From: Vicugna vicugna
Taxonomy: Eukaryota
NCBI GenBank assembly: GCA_013265495.1
Contig: MU058449.1
Location: 248,001-312,000 of the forward strand
Direction of reading: 5' to 3'
Length of the DNA stretch: 64,000 nucleotides
Each line of letters starts with the position of its first letter. The stretch's first letter is position 1. Below are positions 39,741-51,530 of the stretch, piece after piece. Made by a program: the position numbers and the translations under genes. A model generated the notes under the pieces. The model saw nothing but the letters and a program-made list of their open reading frames with translations, was not told the DNA's origin and did no database searches.

Positions 39741-41779
39741 TTTATTGCTCTATTGCCCATTCCTGTGCTGATATCTGATATGCCTTCTAAGGAAACATGC
39801 TGACATTTTCTGTGTGGTTGTTATACTGCAAAGCTTGGCACCACCACCACCACTGTGATAAATAAAGCAAAGCTTCAGTATTGCGAGGTTAATAACTCTG
39901 TGGTTCTCCTCCACAGCTTAATGAAATAACCATTCAACAAGTCTCTCTTAGAGTTTTCATTAAAAGCCACTTTACCTATTCTATGTGTTTACTTCTTGAT
40001 GAGAAATTTTTTTGACAGGTGACATGGCTTACTTTATTAGGAAATTTTGGCACAGTTTTCAATAATTTCACTAATTTGTTTTCTTTTGTCTTCATTATTC
40101 CTATCCTACTGATCCTTCATTTTGCAGGGATTTGAGGAGATATACAACATTTTAAAATTATTTTATTTTAAATATTATTAAATATTTCACAATATTCTTT
40201 ACTTGAAATGTCAGGAAGTTCTTGTGACTTCCCCCATTTAATTTCTAAAAGCTTAAATGTTTCATCTTGGTGGTTGTCATGACTTATTTATATAGTTAGG
40301 CTAACTGGTGAGAACTTTGGTCTTTTCTTCCCCACCTGAATTTCATTCAAGGGGAAGAGGGAGAGAGAGAGAGGATGATAAGTATGTGTTGATAAGTGAT
40401 AATGGTTCCTACTTCCTTGATAAAGGTTGGGTATGAGAAAAGGATTTCACTTAACTCAAGGGATGATTGCTAGGTATCTTGAAATGCAGGGTAGTTTTCC
40501 ATCTGCTTGATAGTGTGACAGCCTCATATGAAAAGCAAAGCCTTGGCAGATTCCAGATTTTCGTTCTTCTTTTTAGATGAAATAGTATTTATTATCCGTA
40601 ACTTTGAAACTCCCTAAGAGTTGCCATCAAAAAGTGCTCATATACATATATGGTACCTTTGCCATGAGTACTGCTTTTGATTACAAACTTGACTATTGCA
40701 TTAATGTTCTATAAGACTGAAGAATGGATAATTTTATATTTGAGAATTTTTAAAGAAAATCTATCATATTTTATAATTTTTGATATATTACAAGTAAGAA
40801 CTCCTGCTATTAAGAGAAGTTTGCTAAAATTTGATCTTATTCTCTTGTTGGTGAATATGAAAATTACAGTCATCCTACTCTGTGGAAGTTTCTTTAAAAT
40901 GATAGGTATTGAATAATGTTGGACCTTGATGCTTTTCCAGTGACTTTCTTGTTCTGAATGAGGATATTCTGTACTCTGAAATTTTTATTTGTTTTCCTTG
41001 ACTCCATTCATTATCCTTGAGACGTAGGCTTATTATGATATGGATAATATTACAACCTTTGCACAGCAATTATAATGTCATATGAATTCAATCATTATCT
41101 TTAAGGGTTCAAGTGAGAGGCACAGAAGTGAAACTTCATTCCTTTATTGCAGAAAAATTAGGCCAAGGGAAAATATCTCATCTCTTCAGGATGGGAAACA
41201 AGAATTCAAGTCTTCAGGCTACCTCACATTACATATATCAATCTACCATCCAATCTATCTTCTCTCATTCAATTTGTCCATTGAAGGATGGAATATTAGA
41301 AATTGACACAACATTGTAAACTGACTATAACTCAATGAAAAAGAGCAGAATATTAATACTCTAATTGTCTGTTCAATGTTACAAAGAAAAAGGAAAGAAA
41401 AATTACTTTTTGGTATCTAAAAATTGATTATCAATTTAGAAAGGCAAAAACTATGTAAGTAGAACAGTTAAAAGTTCAAAAGGCTTTGTATGCATAAAAG
41501 TATGCATGTAGTTATAACGATTTTAGCATTACAAAAAATAAGATTCTTACTTTTTGATTCACAATACTTTTTTCAGAAAGAAAAGATGTCCCATAAGAAA
41601 GAAGTGGTTTTCCCATTATCATTCAAGAATTTAGTTCCTTTTCTCAGACTGCTTTATTCTCCAAAATCATGCCAGAATTAAAGGTCAAGATTTTACTAAG
41701 ATGAAGGAATAAATGCTCTTTTTTGACTGTTATTTACTCTAGCTCTCTTCTGTTTTTTCATGTAACAGATCTTGGCCAC

Positions 41780-42727
41780 TTGTCTGTAACCACATCCAAC
41801 TCCACATCTGCTCGCCTCATTGCCTTCTTGCTGACTGGTGTACCAGGGCTAGAAGACTTCCAAATCTGGATCTCCATCCCTTTCAGCTTCATGTATCTTC
41901 TTGCTGTGACAGGCAATGGCCTGGTTATGGCAGTGGTGGCTTGGGACAGAAGCCTCCATGAACCCATGTATCTCTTCTTAGCCATGCTGGCACTCAATGA
42001 TGTCCTCCTTTGTACTGTCACAGTGCCCAAAATGCTTCTCATCTTCTGGCAGGGCCCTTCCCCATCAACGTTTCCTGCCTGTCTCACACAGATGTTTTTT
42101 GTCCATGCTCTGTTCCTCTCTGAATCTGCTGTTCTACTGGCCATGGCTTTTGACCGCTATGTGGCTATCTGTGCACCCCTCCATTATGCAACTCTCCTTA
42201 CAGGCTCTCTAATTAGCAAGGTGGGCCTGGCTCTGGTGGTTCGAAGTGTGGTTGTTGTCATCCCAGGTGTCCTCCTCATTCTCCGACTGCACTTCTGCCG
42301 GAGCAATGTCATCCACCACACCTACTGTGAGAACATGGGCATTGCCAAGTTGGCCTGCAACAGCATTGCCCCTAATAGCATTTACGGGCTCACTGCTGCT
42401 CTCCTCACCACTGGGCTGGACTTCGTCCTCATCTCCCTGTCCTACTGGTTAATCTTGAGAACAGTCTTCCGATTACCTTCTAGGGAGGCCCGAATGAAGG
42501 CCTTTGGAACATGTGGAGCTCATATATGTGTCATCTTGATATTCTACACTCTGGCCTTCTTTTCCTTCTTTACCCATCGCTTTGGAAACCATGTGCCCAG
42601 GCATACCCTGATTCTCCTGGCAAACCTGTACTTACTGGTGCCACCTACCATGAACCCCATTGTTTATGGGGTAAAGACAAAAGAGATAAGGGTGCGAGTG
42701 CTAGGGCTCTGTAGCCAACCAAAGTGA
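41780..42727 (+). CDS. OR52-family olfactory receptor; open 315-codon frame but TTG at the expected start (functional status uncertain)
   Basis: OR52 motifs TVPKMLLIFW, HTYCENMGIAKLAC, KAFGTCGAH, THRFG, LANLYLLVPPTMNPIVYGVKTKEIR. No stop or frameshift. The first in-frame ATG is at 41891, inside TM1. Confidence 0.82.
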   Translation: MSVTTSNSTSARLIAFLLTGVPGLEDFQIWISIPFSFMYLLAVTGNGLVMAVVAWDRSLHEPMYLFLAMLALNDVLLCTVTVPKMLLIFWQGPSPSTFPACLTQMFFVHALFLSESAVLLAMAFDRYVAICAPLHYATLLTGSLISKVGLALVVRSVVVVIPGVLLILRLHFCRSNVIHHTYCENMGIAKLACNSIAPNSIYGLTAALLTTGLDFVLISLSYWLILRTVFRLPSREARMKAFGTCGAHICVILIFYTLAFFSFFTHRFGNHVPRHTLILLANLYLLVPPTMNPIVYGVKTKEIRVRVLGLCSQPK

Positions 42728-42996
42728 CCCGAGGGTAATGAAGCAACAAGGAACAGGGGAGTCCAGGATGGAGACACAGGCCTAAATGTCAAGTCGGAAT
42801 CTATCTGAGCAGATATATTCCCAGAACACTTAACCTCTGAATAGAGCTTTAAAAATCTGTACCTCCAAATGTTATCTTACTGATATGGGGTAAACAGGGA
42901 GCTAATAAGGAACTGCTCTGGCACCACCAAGGATTATTTGAACATGTTAAGGAATATACCATTGTAACAGCGTAGGGCATTTAAATATCCTTTTTA

Positions 42997-43100
42997 GGGG
43001 TAGGGTATAGCTTAGTGGTACAGTGTGGTACAGTGCATGCTTAGCATGCACTAGGTCCTGGATTCAATTCCCAGTACCTCCATTTAAAATATATATATAT
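42997..43100 (+). mobile_element. tRNA-derived SINE (camelid-type) with an internal 10-bp duplication
   Basis: ggggtagggtatagcttagtggtacagt...ggattcaattcccagtacctcc; gtggtacagt occurs twice in tandem. Confidence 0.88.
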
Positions 43101-45939
43101 TCTTTCTGTAAGAAACAGTGCCCCTTCTATGACAATTTGCTATAGACAGGACAAAATACAAAACTGATAAGAGTCAGGGATTAGTTCCGATTCCAGCCAC
43201 ACCATGACATCTACAGGACCCAGAATATACAAATAATTAAGACATAGTTCTTGAATGAATAAATAAATATTTTAATTAGTTAGAAATAAATGCTAATTAT
43301 TTTATGTAACAAACTCCCAGTATATCTTTATGTATTATATATGACCTATAATTAAAATATTTATTTTCCTTTCATCTCAAAAACCTTTTCATTAGCTCCC
43401 AGGTGTGTTCTTCTTATCTCCTTTAATACCTTAGTGTAATAAAGATTCTTTTGTTACAAATAATAGAAATTTACTTTAGTTAGATTAAGTAAACAAAAAG
43501 CAGGAAATTTCATGGAAACATTCTAAGTGATGTCATGACAGCCAAGGATAATTTGAATATTTATAACTCAGGTAGGACAAAGGCCAGGCTGCAACAGGAT
43601 CTCAATAGCAGGAAAGGATGAACTTTTTCTCGGATTTGGTGATACTCTCTTGTCTCAGCTGCAGTCATTGTAGAACAAGAAGTATAACTGCTCTATAATG
43701 GGTCAGACTGCTAACTTGGATCAATCTGTTATATCCCTTATTCTGATTTAACAGGGATGAAATTGTGTCAGACAATTCTGAAGAAAAGGAAATCATGGTA
43801 AAAGGTCAGGATTATGTTCATTGGATTCATTTGGTATATTTATACAAGCACATGCAATTTTCCAGTTTAGCTCTTCCTACACCAAACATTCTTGCTAATT
43901 GCGTCCTACAGGCCTGGAACGTACTTTATCATCTATAAACTTATCTGCTATGATTCCAGAAGTGTAATCCCTTATCTCCACTAGAAAATACTCATCTTTT
44001 GATTTATTAGAGAGCTTAAATATTTTCTTGGCATCAGACAGTCAAAAAGTGCATCATGAATATAACAGAAACATATATACATGGTCAAGTGGCTGAATTA
44101 ATTGAATGAGGGTCTTGAAAATACTTATATTGTTATCATTCTCTTTATATATGCATATAGCTGTTCCTGGATTCTCTGTGTAATCAGGTGGTTATCCATA
44201 CTGTACTTATTTTTTTTTAAAGGAAATTATGTTTTAATTCTTTAACTTATTCAATTAAATGATTTAATGACTAAGTGTGATAATGAAGTATTTTGCAGTG
44301 ATGCTTTGTATAGTAGAAAATGCTAAACACTTAGATGGTAAAGAAGATAGCAGTCTTCTCTATTTTTGTTTTCTTCTTGCTATCATGTTTTGCCACAAAG
44401 GGCTTTCTGCATATAAAGATGATCAATGTATAATCTAAAGGATAACATTTGACATGAAAACAACTGCATTGCATTTTTGCCTAATTGAGGGACTAGAATA
44501 CAAAAATAAATTATTATTTGGGCTTTTGGATATCTTACAGATTCTTCAGGTAGGCAGACAATGCTTTTAGAAGGCAAAAAATACTCATGATTTTATCAGA
44601 CAAGGTAATATGAGTAAGCATGTCTCAATTTATAAAATCCATATACAAATGAGATAGATGCTTAAATCATACTATTGAATTCTAGACACGAACAAGAAGG
44701 CTTCTGGTTTTAGGAGCATAAACTACTTGCTGGAGGACTGGATTTCAGTCTTCAGTAAGTTTCCAAAAACAAGACAATGCTTCTGTTCTCAATTCTTGAT
44801 ATAACCTTGCCATCTATTCAATCATTCATTTATATATTCAATCACTCACCTCTTCACCAACCTACTTTACTGGGAAGAATTATCTTAATTTTGAGAATAT
44901 CTGTTTTCTAAATGTCTTGGTAAAATGTATTTTATGAATATAAAGTAACTCTAATAATAGATTTTAAGAGCTAGTATAGAGGATAATTTGTAAACTCAAA
45001 ATTGGGTTATCTCTGTAGACATTCATTTCAAATAATTTTACTGATATGTGAAATGCAAAATCTAAGACGCAATAGTTTAAATATAGTTCTGTTAGCAAAA
45101 AAATTGATGAAACTTTATATTTTTTGGAGCACAAGCATTAGAAAAGGTATGATCAGCATATATATATTAAAATATATATTTCATACTTGAAGTTCTTATA
45201 TTAAGGAAAATTATAAATAGTTCAATGTTACTTGTGCAAAGTACAGCTGATCGTAATGTTCACATTCTCCTCAAAATTAACTTTTTGCTATTAATTTTAT
45301 GTTACTTATTTTATTTTACTTATTTATGTGAAATAGTATCTAAGTTTGATGTTCATATATTTGCTTTATTTTTGCTTGCTATCTCTTTGGTCAAGGTAAA
45401 TGTGCTGCAGGAGAGGGGTAATTAGAAATAGAATAAAGATGTAGGAGAGAGGGATGGGAACAAACATAACTGAATTAAAACCAGGAAACAGACAATAGTT
45501 CATGGAAATTCTAGATGTACTCCGTATGCCTAAATTTTGAAATCCTAATTTTAAGTTAGCAGGATCTCTTTTACTACATGAAATGTGGACTGTCTTGGCA
45601 GGGCAAATCTTTCCCCCCAAGATTTTTTTTCAAATCTGAGCTGGTCATTCTTTACCCAATAATTGATTCATTTCTTTATCACTTATACATTAAATAATTA
45701 AGTGGCTCTTTTAAACAAAGCATAGTGTTGATTCTCACAGGCAGTAAACTGCTTGAAGCACAGTTTCTGCAGTAGCAAGAATTAGACGTATGAAGACATA
45801 CTACTTTTTGTTAAGACCAAGATAAATATTGGGAGTTAAAGAGCATTTTTTTTAAATGGATACCTATTTTATGTCCAACTAATAGTCACGCTTTTAAGAT
45901 TCTACTGCTGTATATACTCTTTTATATTTCATTTACTTT

Positions 45940-46408
45940 CATTTTTTATTGAAGTATAGTTGATTTACAATGCTGTGTCAGTTTCAGGTGTAAAGCAAGG
46001 TGATTCAGTTACACATATATATATTTTTCTGATTTTTTTCCATTATAAGTTATTATAAGATATTGAATACAGTTTCCTATGCTATACAGTAGATCCTTGT
46101 TGTTTATCTATTTTACATATAGTAATGTATATACGTTAATCCCAAACTCCTAATTTATCCCTCCTCCCAACTCTTTTCCCCTTTGGTAACCATAGTTTTT
46201 TCTGTCTGTGAGTCTATTTCCGTTTTGTAAATAAGTTTATTTGTATCATTTTTTTTTAGATTCCACATGTAAATGATATCATATGTCTCTGTCTTTCTAA
46301 TTTTCTTCACTTAATATGGTAATCTCTAGATCCCTTCATGCTGCTGCAAATAGCATTATTTTATTCTTTTTATAGTTGAGTAGTTGAGAAGTATTCATAT
46401 ATATATGT

Positions 46409-46444
<36 letters not shown>

Positions 46445-47470
46445 CACATCTTTATTTATTCATCCGTTGATGGACATTTAGGTTGTATCCATGTCTTGGT
46501 TACTGTAAATAGTGTTGCTATGAATATTGAGGTGCATGTATCTTTTTGAATCAGAGTTTTCTCTGGATATATGCCCAGGAGTGGGATTGCTGGATCAAAT
46601 GGTAAGTCTATTTTTAGTTTTTTAGGGAACCTCCATACTGTCCTCCATAGTGGCAGGACCAATTTATATTCCCCTCAACAGTGTAGGAGGGTTCCTTTTT
46701 CTCCACTTTCTCCAACATTTATTGTTTGTGGACTTTTGAATGATGGCCGTTCTGACTGATGTGAGGTGATACCTCATTGTAGTTTTGATTTGCATTTCTG
46801 TAATAATTAGCAATATTGAACATCTTTTCATGTGCCTGTTGACCATTTGTATTTCTTCTTTGGAGAAATGTCTGTTTAGGTCTTCTGCCCATTTTTTGAT
46901 TGGGTTGTTTGTTTTTCTTTCTTTTATATTAAGTTGTACGAGATGTTTGTATATTTTAGAATTCAATCCCTTGTTGGTTTTATCATTTGCAATATTTTCT
47001 TCCATTTCATAGGTTGTCTTGTCATTTTATTTATGGTTTCCTTTGCTGTGCAAAAGCTTTTAAGTTTAATCAGGTCCCATTTGCTTATTTTTGCTTTTAT
47101 TTTCGTTACTCTAGAACACTGATTGAAAAAAAATATTGTTGCAATTTATGTGAAAGTGTTCTGCCTATGTTTTCCTCTAGGAGCTTTAGAGTATCCGGTC
47201 TCACCTTTAGGTCTTTAATCCATTTTGAGTTTATTTTTATATATGGTGTTAGGGGACAGTCTAATATTATTCTTTTACATATAGATGCCCAATTTTCCCA
47301 GCACCACTTATTGAAGAGACTGTCATTTCCCCATTGTATATTCTTACCTTCTTTGTCGTAGATTAATTGATCATAAGTGTGTGGGTTTATTTCCGGGCTT
47401 TCTATTCTGTTCCACTGATCTATGTGTCTGTTTTTGTGCCAGTACCATGCTGTTTTGATCACTGTAGCTT
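45940..47470 (-). mobile_element. 5'-truncated L1 (ORF2 C-terminus plus 3' UTR) containing a (CA)n at ~46412-46442
   Basis: [47 protein letters not shown]; frameshifted. Confidence 0.95.
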
Positions 47471-48494
47471 AAAAGGCATTCTTAAAGTCTTTTTTCCCCA
47501 CATGATTTTTTTTGTATTTGAACAAGAATAGGCATGTGAACTAAGAAAAATCAATTAAATTTGCAAGGTTTGCATACACCTCTATGCACAGTCATGTGCT
47601 AGATAATTTCAGAGTAGTATAAAAAGAGAGTTTGTATATTGAAGAGTTCAATATAAAAACTGAGATCTGTATTATCTGTTTCCTGCAACCATAGACTTGT
47701 AAGTAGCTATACATACCTCAGCGAGTTACGTTTTTTATGTTTAAATACTGTATCTTAAATTATTATTAGATGCATTTAACCTAATGGGTTATAATCACTG
47801 GCTTCACAGGGAATTATGTCCAGTATTTCAAAACTTACTGAGTTTCAACTTTCTCTAAAATTAAAATTATTTCCTAAAATTTAAAAAAAATTGAAATTTG
47901 CCCCTTTCTATTCCTGAGGAAACTAAATAGATTAAGAAAGCACAGAACATGTGTGTAAGATTTTAAAAAATGATATTGATGCACCATGAAGACTGATAAC
48001 TTCTGATCTGAGCCCTAATATGCTCTTATAATTAAGATACGATTATTCCATCTTTAAGAAAGGCAGCATAAACAGGTTTATAAACACATTTGTATAACAA
48101 GAAAAATAATATAAGATTCCCTGACAAATATAGTATGTCAAGAAGCAAAGAAATATGGGTTTAGAATACTCAAGGAAAACTTCATGGATAAGTGACCTTG
48201 AATAAGAGTTGGGATTAGAAATGGGAAAGAACACATGGAAATAGTTTCCAACACATCCCACTCCAACATATTCATACTTAGAGGGGATTTACGAAGCACA
48301 TGTTAAGTCAATCTGTATAGTCCCAGTGGACACCAACTCTCTTCTTTAGGACCTTTTCATGATGCATTCTTGGTTTTTTTTCTTCTCCTTAAGTAATCTT
48401 TTGTTGGCAACTCTGGGCCAACATACCTACAGCAGTCAAATTACTATGTATTTACATCCCTAACATTGATATCATCATTGTCTTGAGGACATGC

Positions 48495-49449
48495 TTACAT
48501 CAAAGTAGAACTGATTTTTCTGGGGAGAAGTAGGCAGAGAACTCCTTGGCGGATCTGCTTGGTCTTCACACTATAGATGACTGGGTTGAGCACAGGTGGA
48601 ACTAACAAGTAGATATGAGCCATGAAGATGTGGATGAGCGGGGACGTTTGCAAAACGATGGACAATAGATAGCCCAATCATAGGCACATACAGAATAAGT
48701 ACAGCACAGATGTGGGATGCACATGTGTTAAGGGCCTTAAATCTCCCCTCCTGGGATGAAATTCTTAATACTGAGTGAAGGATGAAAATATAAGACACAA
48801 AAATACCCAGAGAGTCCATGCCCCACAGCACAGTGATCAGAACCAACCCATATATAACATTAAACTTGGTGTCAGCACAGGCAAGGCGGATCATGTCCTG
48901 GTGCAGACAATAGGAATGAGAAAGGATGTGGGAATGGCAGAAGGGAAAGAAGGCCAGCCGGGCCAGAAGGGGAATCATGGCAAAGGCACTCCTAAGCAAG
49001 GCTGCAATTCCAATTTTAGTGATAAGCATTGGGGTGAGAATGGTAGCATATCGTAAAGGGTGGCAGATGGCCACATATCGGTCAAGGGCCATCGCCAAGA
49101 GCACAGATGATTCAGTGAAGGAAAAGGTATGAATGAAAAACATTTGGACCACACACGTATTGAACTGGATTTCCCTGGAAATGGACCACAATACCCTGAA
49201 GAGTGATATCACTGTGGGCAAGGACATGCCCAGGTCAGTGAGGGAAAGCATGGCCAAGAAGTAGTACATTGGCTCATGGAGCCTGGGGTCTGTCCGGACA
49301 ACATGTAGGATAGTACAGTTACCCATTATTCCAACAAGGTAGAGGAGACAGAATGGGATGGAAATCCATGGGTGAAATTCCTCATATCCAGGGATACCTG
49401 TGAGATAGAATGTGGAGGACAGAGTATTGTTGGAGTTTATGGTTGCCAT
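48495..49449 (-). pseudogene. OR51-family olfactory receptor with a single frameshift in extracellular loop 3
   Basis: ATG at 49449 (MATINSNNT) opens a frame with intact motifs up to HRFA. The rest ([34 protein letters not shown]) is in another frame. Relative to the neighbouring paralog (GCA AAA CAC TCC TCC) 5 nt are missing near 48646. Confidence 0.92.
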
Positions 49450-51349
49450 GGGGCTTACTGTTAAATCACAATCTAATTTTGCAATCACATTCCAATAGGA
49501 GAGGTAATGAGAAGATCAGCATCTGTATCACAAAAACAAAACAAAATAAAACTTCAGTCCATCCTATAATCACTCCTAGATCCATCCCTACATTTTTGCT
49601 TTGTTTTTCTTCATTTCATTGCTGAGTGTTGTCAGTTAAATAAAATACCCACTTTTATAACCACAAGGATCTTCCCTTCTACTTCTCAGGTGCAGACCTA
49701 TTAACATGCTCTCTGAATATGCGCAATCTTCTTCTGAAGACATTACTCAGAAAAGCACACAGAAAACTCACTGTAGACTACATTTTTAATTTTGTATTTT
49801 TCCTTAGGAACATCCTTGGCCAGAGTTATTGGTCTTATGTTAGCTCTTTCTCTTTAAAAAAAAAAAAGGCTTGCAGTGATTTATTTAAAATATCTTTATC
49901 TGTCTAAGCTTGATAGCTTTTTCAACAATACTAGAATACCATGAAAGACATCTTCACAGAATTCAAGCAAGTATTGGTCAGCATGGTTCTTGTTCTTAGT
50001 AACATATTTCTGGCTATATAACTGATGCCACAGGGCTAGTATCCGCAGATAGTCAACTCTAACATGAATTTGGTTTTGGACTAGCATCCCCAATAGCTAA
50101 ATACAGATTAAGACATTTAAAAGAATGTGTAAATTTTTAAAATTATTATTATACAATATGTAGTTTTATATGTAATACTCTTATTATAATAAATATATAA
50201 TTTAAGCAAAGTACAATCGACTCTAACTCTGATTTTTAAGGTTCAGAAACTTCTTCCTATTATGTTTCAGAATTGAATAATCAGAGACTGGTTCTTTTTA
50301 CAAAAAAAGAAATACAAAACAATAGCTATACAGGGGTTGTAGAAAGAGAGCAGAAATTCATGATTCAAAACAAAGACAAGAGAAAACAAAATAACAACAA
50401 AAAAATGCTCAAAAAAAGCCTACTGGTATCTGACTTTGACTCTAAATCTTTTCTGCTTGGACAAATGAGTGAATATATTTTCTCCTACTAGATTCCAGTA
50501 CTTCTTCTGTGGCCAAGAAAAACATCTCTGAAGTAAGAAAGGTGAGCCACCTCTCAAAATCCCACTTGCCCATCATTGGCCAAGCATCCATGCTCCCCAA
50601 AATGCTGGTTTGAGAATTTATAATCCAGGAGACAGATTACCTCCTATGGTAAATTAATAAATTGGCATCTTGCTGTCTTGTAAAGTCTACTTTGGCCTTT
50701 GGGACATCAAATCCCCCTCAATCCCCTCTAGTTCCATTTGAAAGTAAACCCTGACTACAGAAGATATTTCCCTGTGATGTTTAATAATTTTCTAGGAAGT
50801 GAAAGATCCATAACAAAGACATCAAATAAGTAAATTACAAAGGTAAATTCAGTATTTTTGACTGTTCATATTAAAACTAAGTTCTCCCTAAATACTGTAT
50901 GAACTAATACTTCTTATGACCTGCTATTTTCCTCAATCTGCCTGGCTTATTACCTCCTAAAATTCCTATCTATCTACTTCACCTTCCTGTCTATACTTGC
51001 ATTAATTATTACCTTCAATGCCCAGATTTTCCAATATTATCCCTTCTTTTTGTTGATTTTTTTCAAATTTCTTATCTACAATTCAAATTTAGAAATTTAG
51101 TTCTTTTTATCTGTTTTGTCAATTCAGACCATTTTTCTGATTTTATAACTCTCTCTCCCATTGCCAAGGAGTAAACATGAAGTTTAATTGAAAACTGGAT
51201 GATATCTGATCTGAAGGTCAGTCTGAAGAAACTTTGGTCATCTCAGTGACTTTTTACTTAGGTTTTAAGGAGACAGCTATCCACCATCTCCCTTATTTAG
51301 AGTCTATTTCTGTGGTTCTGCAATCACATTAACCTAAGCTATATTCTGG

Positions 51350-51530
51350 TTTCAGTGCTTGCTCACTTTAATTTTGACCAAATGACTTTATTTTCTCTCG
51401 GTACCAAAGTTGCCTCCTCTGTAAACTGAAGATAGTGACAATTTGACAGGATGTGCTAAGGTAATGGAGATATTGTGTGTAAAATACTTAGCACAGAGCT
51501 TTTTGCATGATAACAATGATGATAACAAAA
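51350..51530 (+). mobile_element. MIR SINE
   Basis: cctcctctgtaaactgaagatagt...tgtgtaaaatacttagcacag. Confidence 0.7.

Noticed and set aside
41758..42714. Antisense and alternate-frame ORFs overlapping the OR genes
   Set aside because: Shadow ORFs arising from OR codon usage, with no independent evidence.
42997..43080. tRNA gene (also 34220-34298)
   Set aside because: SINE tail, degenerate cloverleaf and a TSD in one copy indicate tRNA-derived SINEs.
29810..47470. Two L1 copies truncated within about 40 bp of each other as a second segmental duplication
   Set aside because: Flanks and tails differ, so they are independent insertions.
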